A stretch of DNA of 64,000 bases from Squalus acanthias (Eukaryota). The notes below the pieces were generated by a model that worked only from the letters and a program-made list of their open reading frames with translations, was not told the origin of the DNA and did no database searches. Location: assembly GCA_030390025.1 (NCBI GenBank), contig JASTWF010000345.1, forward strand, positions 124,001 to 188,000, in the 5' to 3' direction. Within the stretch, counting starts at the first letter, position 1; every line of letters starts with the position of its first letter. The translations under genes were made by a program, and so were the position numbers. Shown here piece by piece: positions 61,701 through 64,000 of the stretch.

Positions 61701-62346
61701 TAAATTTATCAATGGGTTGTCTGTTGTGTCTTTTAATGCTTTCATCAAAGGTTTTACTTGAAGATCTCAGCCTCTCCCTGAGTTTGGACTTGATATTTTT
61801 GTCCAGAACTGTGACTCTGTGAGCTGAATTTGGATTAGGCAGTCTGAGAATGTACGACAGATTGACTAGTAGTTATTAAAATTATTAAAGCATGTTCAAT
61901 AAATCTGCTGCTAGAAAATCTAGATTGATTGAGCGGGGTTTAGTCATTATGCAATGACCTACAGCAAACTGCACATATTGTAGCTATTATTTTGTGTAAT
62001 TTATTAAATATGCTGGTCTGTCAAAAAGCCACAAACTGCATATTGACATAACCATGATGTCATCAATCTCTATTAATAACAACTTACAGGTTCTACTATA
62101 AAGTACTGTGCTATTTGTTAAACAATTACCAATGTTTCCAATATGTTTGCAATATCAATACGCGCGCGCAATAAATTTAAGGTATGCAACAGAAAAATCA
62201 ACTTTGGCGTACAATATATGAGTAATTTCAGATCTGACATACAGTAAGTGTAGCATGCTTGGGAGGAACAGGTGACTTTAGAACTATGGGCCTAGAAATT
62301 GGATATAGGTGTGAAATGGGCAGTGTTAAGGCCTAACGATGTTTAA

Positions 62347-64000
62347 GAGAACAGCAGCATAGTGGTTATGTTTCTAGACTAGTAATTCAGAGGCCTGGAC
62401 TAATGATCCAGAGATAAATCCCACCATGGCAGCTGGGGAATTGAAATTCAGTTAATTAAATAAATCTGGAATAAAAAGTGATCGGATTGTCGTAAAAACC
62501 TATCTGGTTCACTAATGTCCTTTAGGGAAGGAAATCTGCCGTCCTTGCCTGGTCTGGCCTATATATGACTCCAGACCCACAGCAATGTGGTTGAATCTTA
62601 ACAGCCCTCTGAATGGACTAGCAAGCCACTCAGTTGTAACAAACCGCTACGAAAAACAATAATAAGAATAAAACCGGACGGACCACCCGGCATCGACCTC
62701 GGCACCGGTTTCGGACACGACAACGGCACACCCAGCCCAGTCGATCCTGCAAAGTCCTCCTTACTAACATCTGGGGACTTGTGCCAAAATTGGAAGAGCT
62801 GTCCCACAGACTAGTCCAGCAACAGCCTGACAGTCATACTCACAGACTCATACCTTTCAGCCAACGTCCCAGACTCCTCCATCACCATCCCTGGGTTTGT
62901 CCTGTCCCACCAGCAGGACAGACCCACCAGAGGTGGCGGCACCGTGGTATACAGTCGGGAAGGAGTGGCCTTGGGAGTCCTCAACATTGACTCTGGCCCC
63001 CATGAAGTCTCATGGCTTCAGGTCAACCATAGGTAAGGAAACCTCCTGCAGATTACCAGCTACCGCCCTCCCTCAGCTGATGAATCAGTACTCCTCCACG
63101 TTGAACACCACTTGGAAGAAGCACTGAGGGTAGCAAGAATGTACTCTGGGTGGGGGACTTCAATGTCCATCACCAAGAATGGCTCGGTAGCACCACTACT
63201 GACCGGGCTGGTCGAGTCCTGAAGGACATAGCTGCCAAACTGGGCCTACGGCAGGTGGTGAGAGAACCAACACAAGGGAAAATCGTATTTGACCTCGTCC
63301 TCACGAATCTACCTGTCGCAGATGCATCTTTCCATGACAGCATTGGTAGTAGTGACCACCGCACAGTCCTTGTGGAGATGAAGTCCCGTATTCACACTGA
63401 GGACACCCTCCATCGTGTTGTGTGGCACTACTACAGTGCTAAATGGGATAGATTCAGAACAGATCTAGCAGCTCAAAACTGGGCATCCATGAGGCGCTGT
63501 GGGCCATCATCAGCAGCAGCAGAATTGTATTCCACCACAATCTGTAACCTCATGGTCCGGCATATCCCTCACTCTACCACAACCATCAAGCCAGGGGACC
63601 AACCCTGGTTCAATGAGGAGTGCAGGAAAGCATGCCAGGAACAGCACCAGGTGTACCTAAAAATGAGATGGCAACCTGGGGAAGCTGCAACACAGAACTA
63701 CATGCATGCTAAATAGCGGAAGCAGCATGCTATAGACGGAGCTAAGTGATCCCACAATCAACGGATCAGATCAAAGCTCTGTAGTCCTGCCACATCTAAT
63801 CGTGAATGATGGTGGAAAGTTAAACAATTAACGGGAGGAGGAGTGCCAAGTGGATGATCCATATCGGTCTCCTCCTGCGGTCCCCACCATCACAGAAGCC
63901 AGTCTTCAGCCAATTTGATTCACTCCACGTGATATCAAGAAACGGCTGAGCGCGCTGAATACAGCAAAGGCTATGGGCCCTGACAACATCCCGGCTGTTG
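62347..64000 (+). mobile_element. 5' portion of a second tRNA-headed LINE (runs off the window)
   Basis: Head CAGCATAGTGGTT...CTAGTAATTCAG...AAATCCCACC, central domain, APE (NIWGLVPKL, GDFNVHH, SDH in ORF 63150..63716); a Harbinger TIR GGCCTAGAAATTGG lies just upstream (~62289). Confidence 0.95.

Larger units (their letters stand above)
60547..62206 (+). repeat. Diverged direct repeat, ~340 bp (60547-60885 and 61870-62206)
   Basis: Shared blocks TAGTTATTAAAATTATTA, TAGATTGATTGAGC, TATGCTGGTCTGTCA, ACTTACAGGTT, TGTTTGCAATATCA in the same order. Confidence 0.9.

Overview
Eukaryotic, repeat-dominated DNA with no recognisable host gene. The repeat content (CR1 LINEs with esterase ORF1, Deu-domain tRNA SINEs, many PIF/Harbinger elements) points to a cartilaginous fish (shark-like); this is an inference. 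The window is a stack of nested mobile elements: more than ten CR1 copies or fragments, an L2 remnant, PIF/Harbinger transposase and Myb/SANT gene remnants with their MITEs, two solo LTRs with 4-bp TSDs, a Gypsy RT remnant and several SINEs. The most striking signal is a single-ORF (APE+RT) LINE family: full-length copy 45391-48502 (-), further copies at 62347-64000, 53365-54585 and 15510-15866. Its 5' end is a tRNA-derived Pol III promoter head, and by manual scan its sense strand has no TTTT run in about 6 kb across four copies. This suggests an autonomous, protein-coding retrotransposon transcribed by RNA polymerase III, with a matching short SINE derivative (39625-39980, 13685-13950). Coordinates of degraded repeats are approximate (tens of bp).
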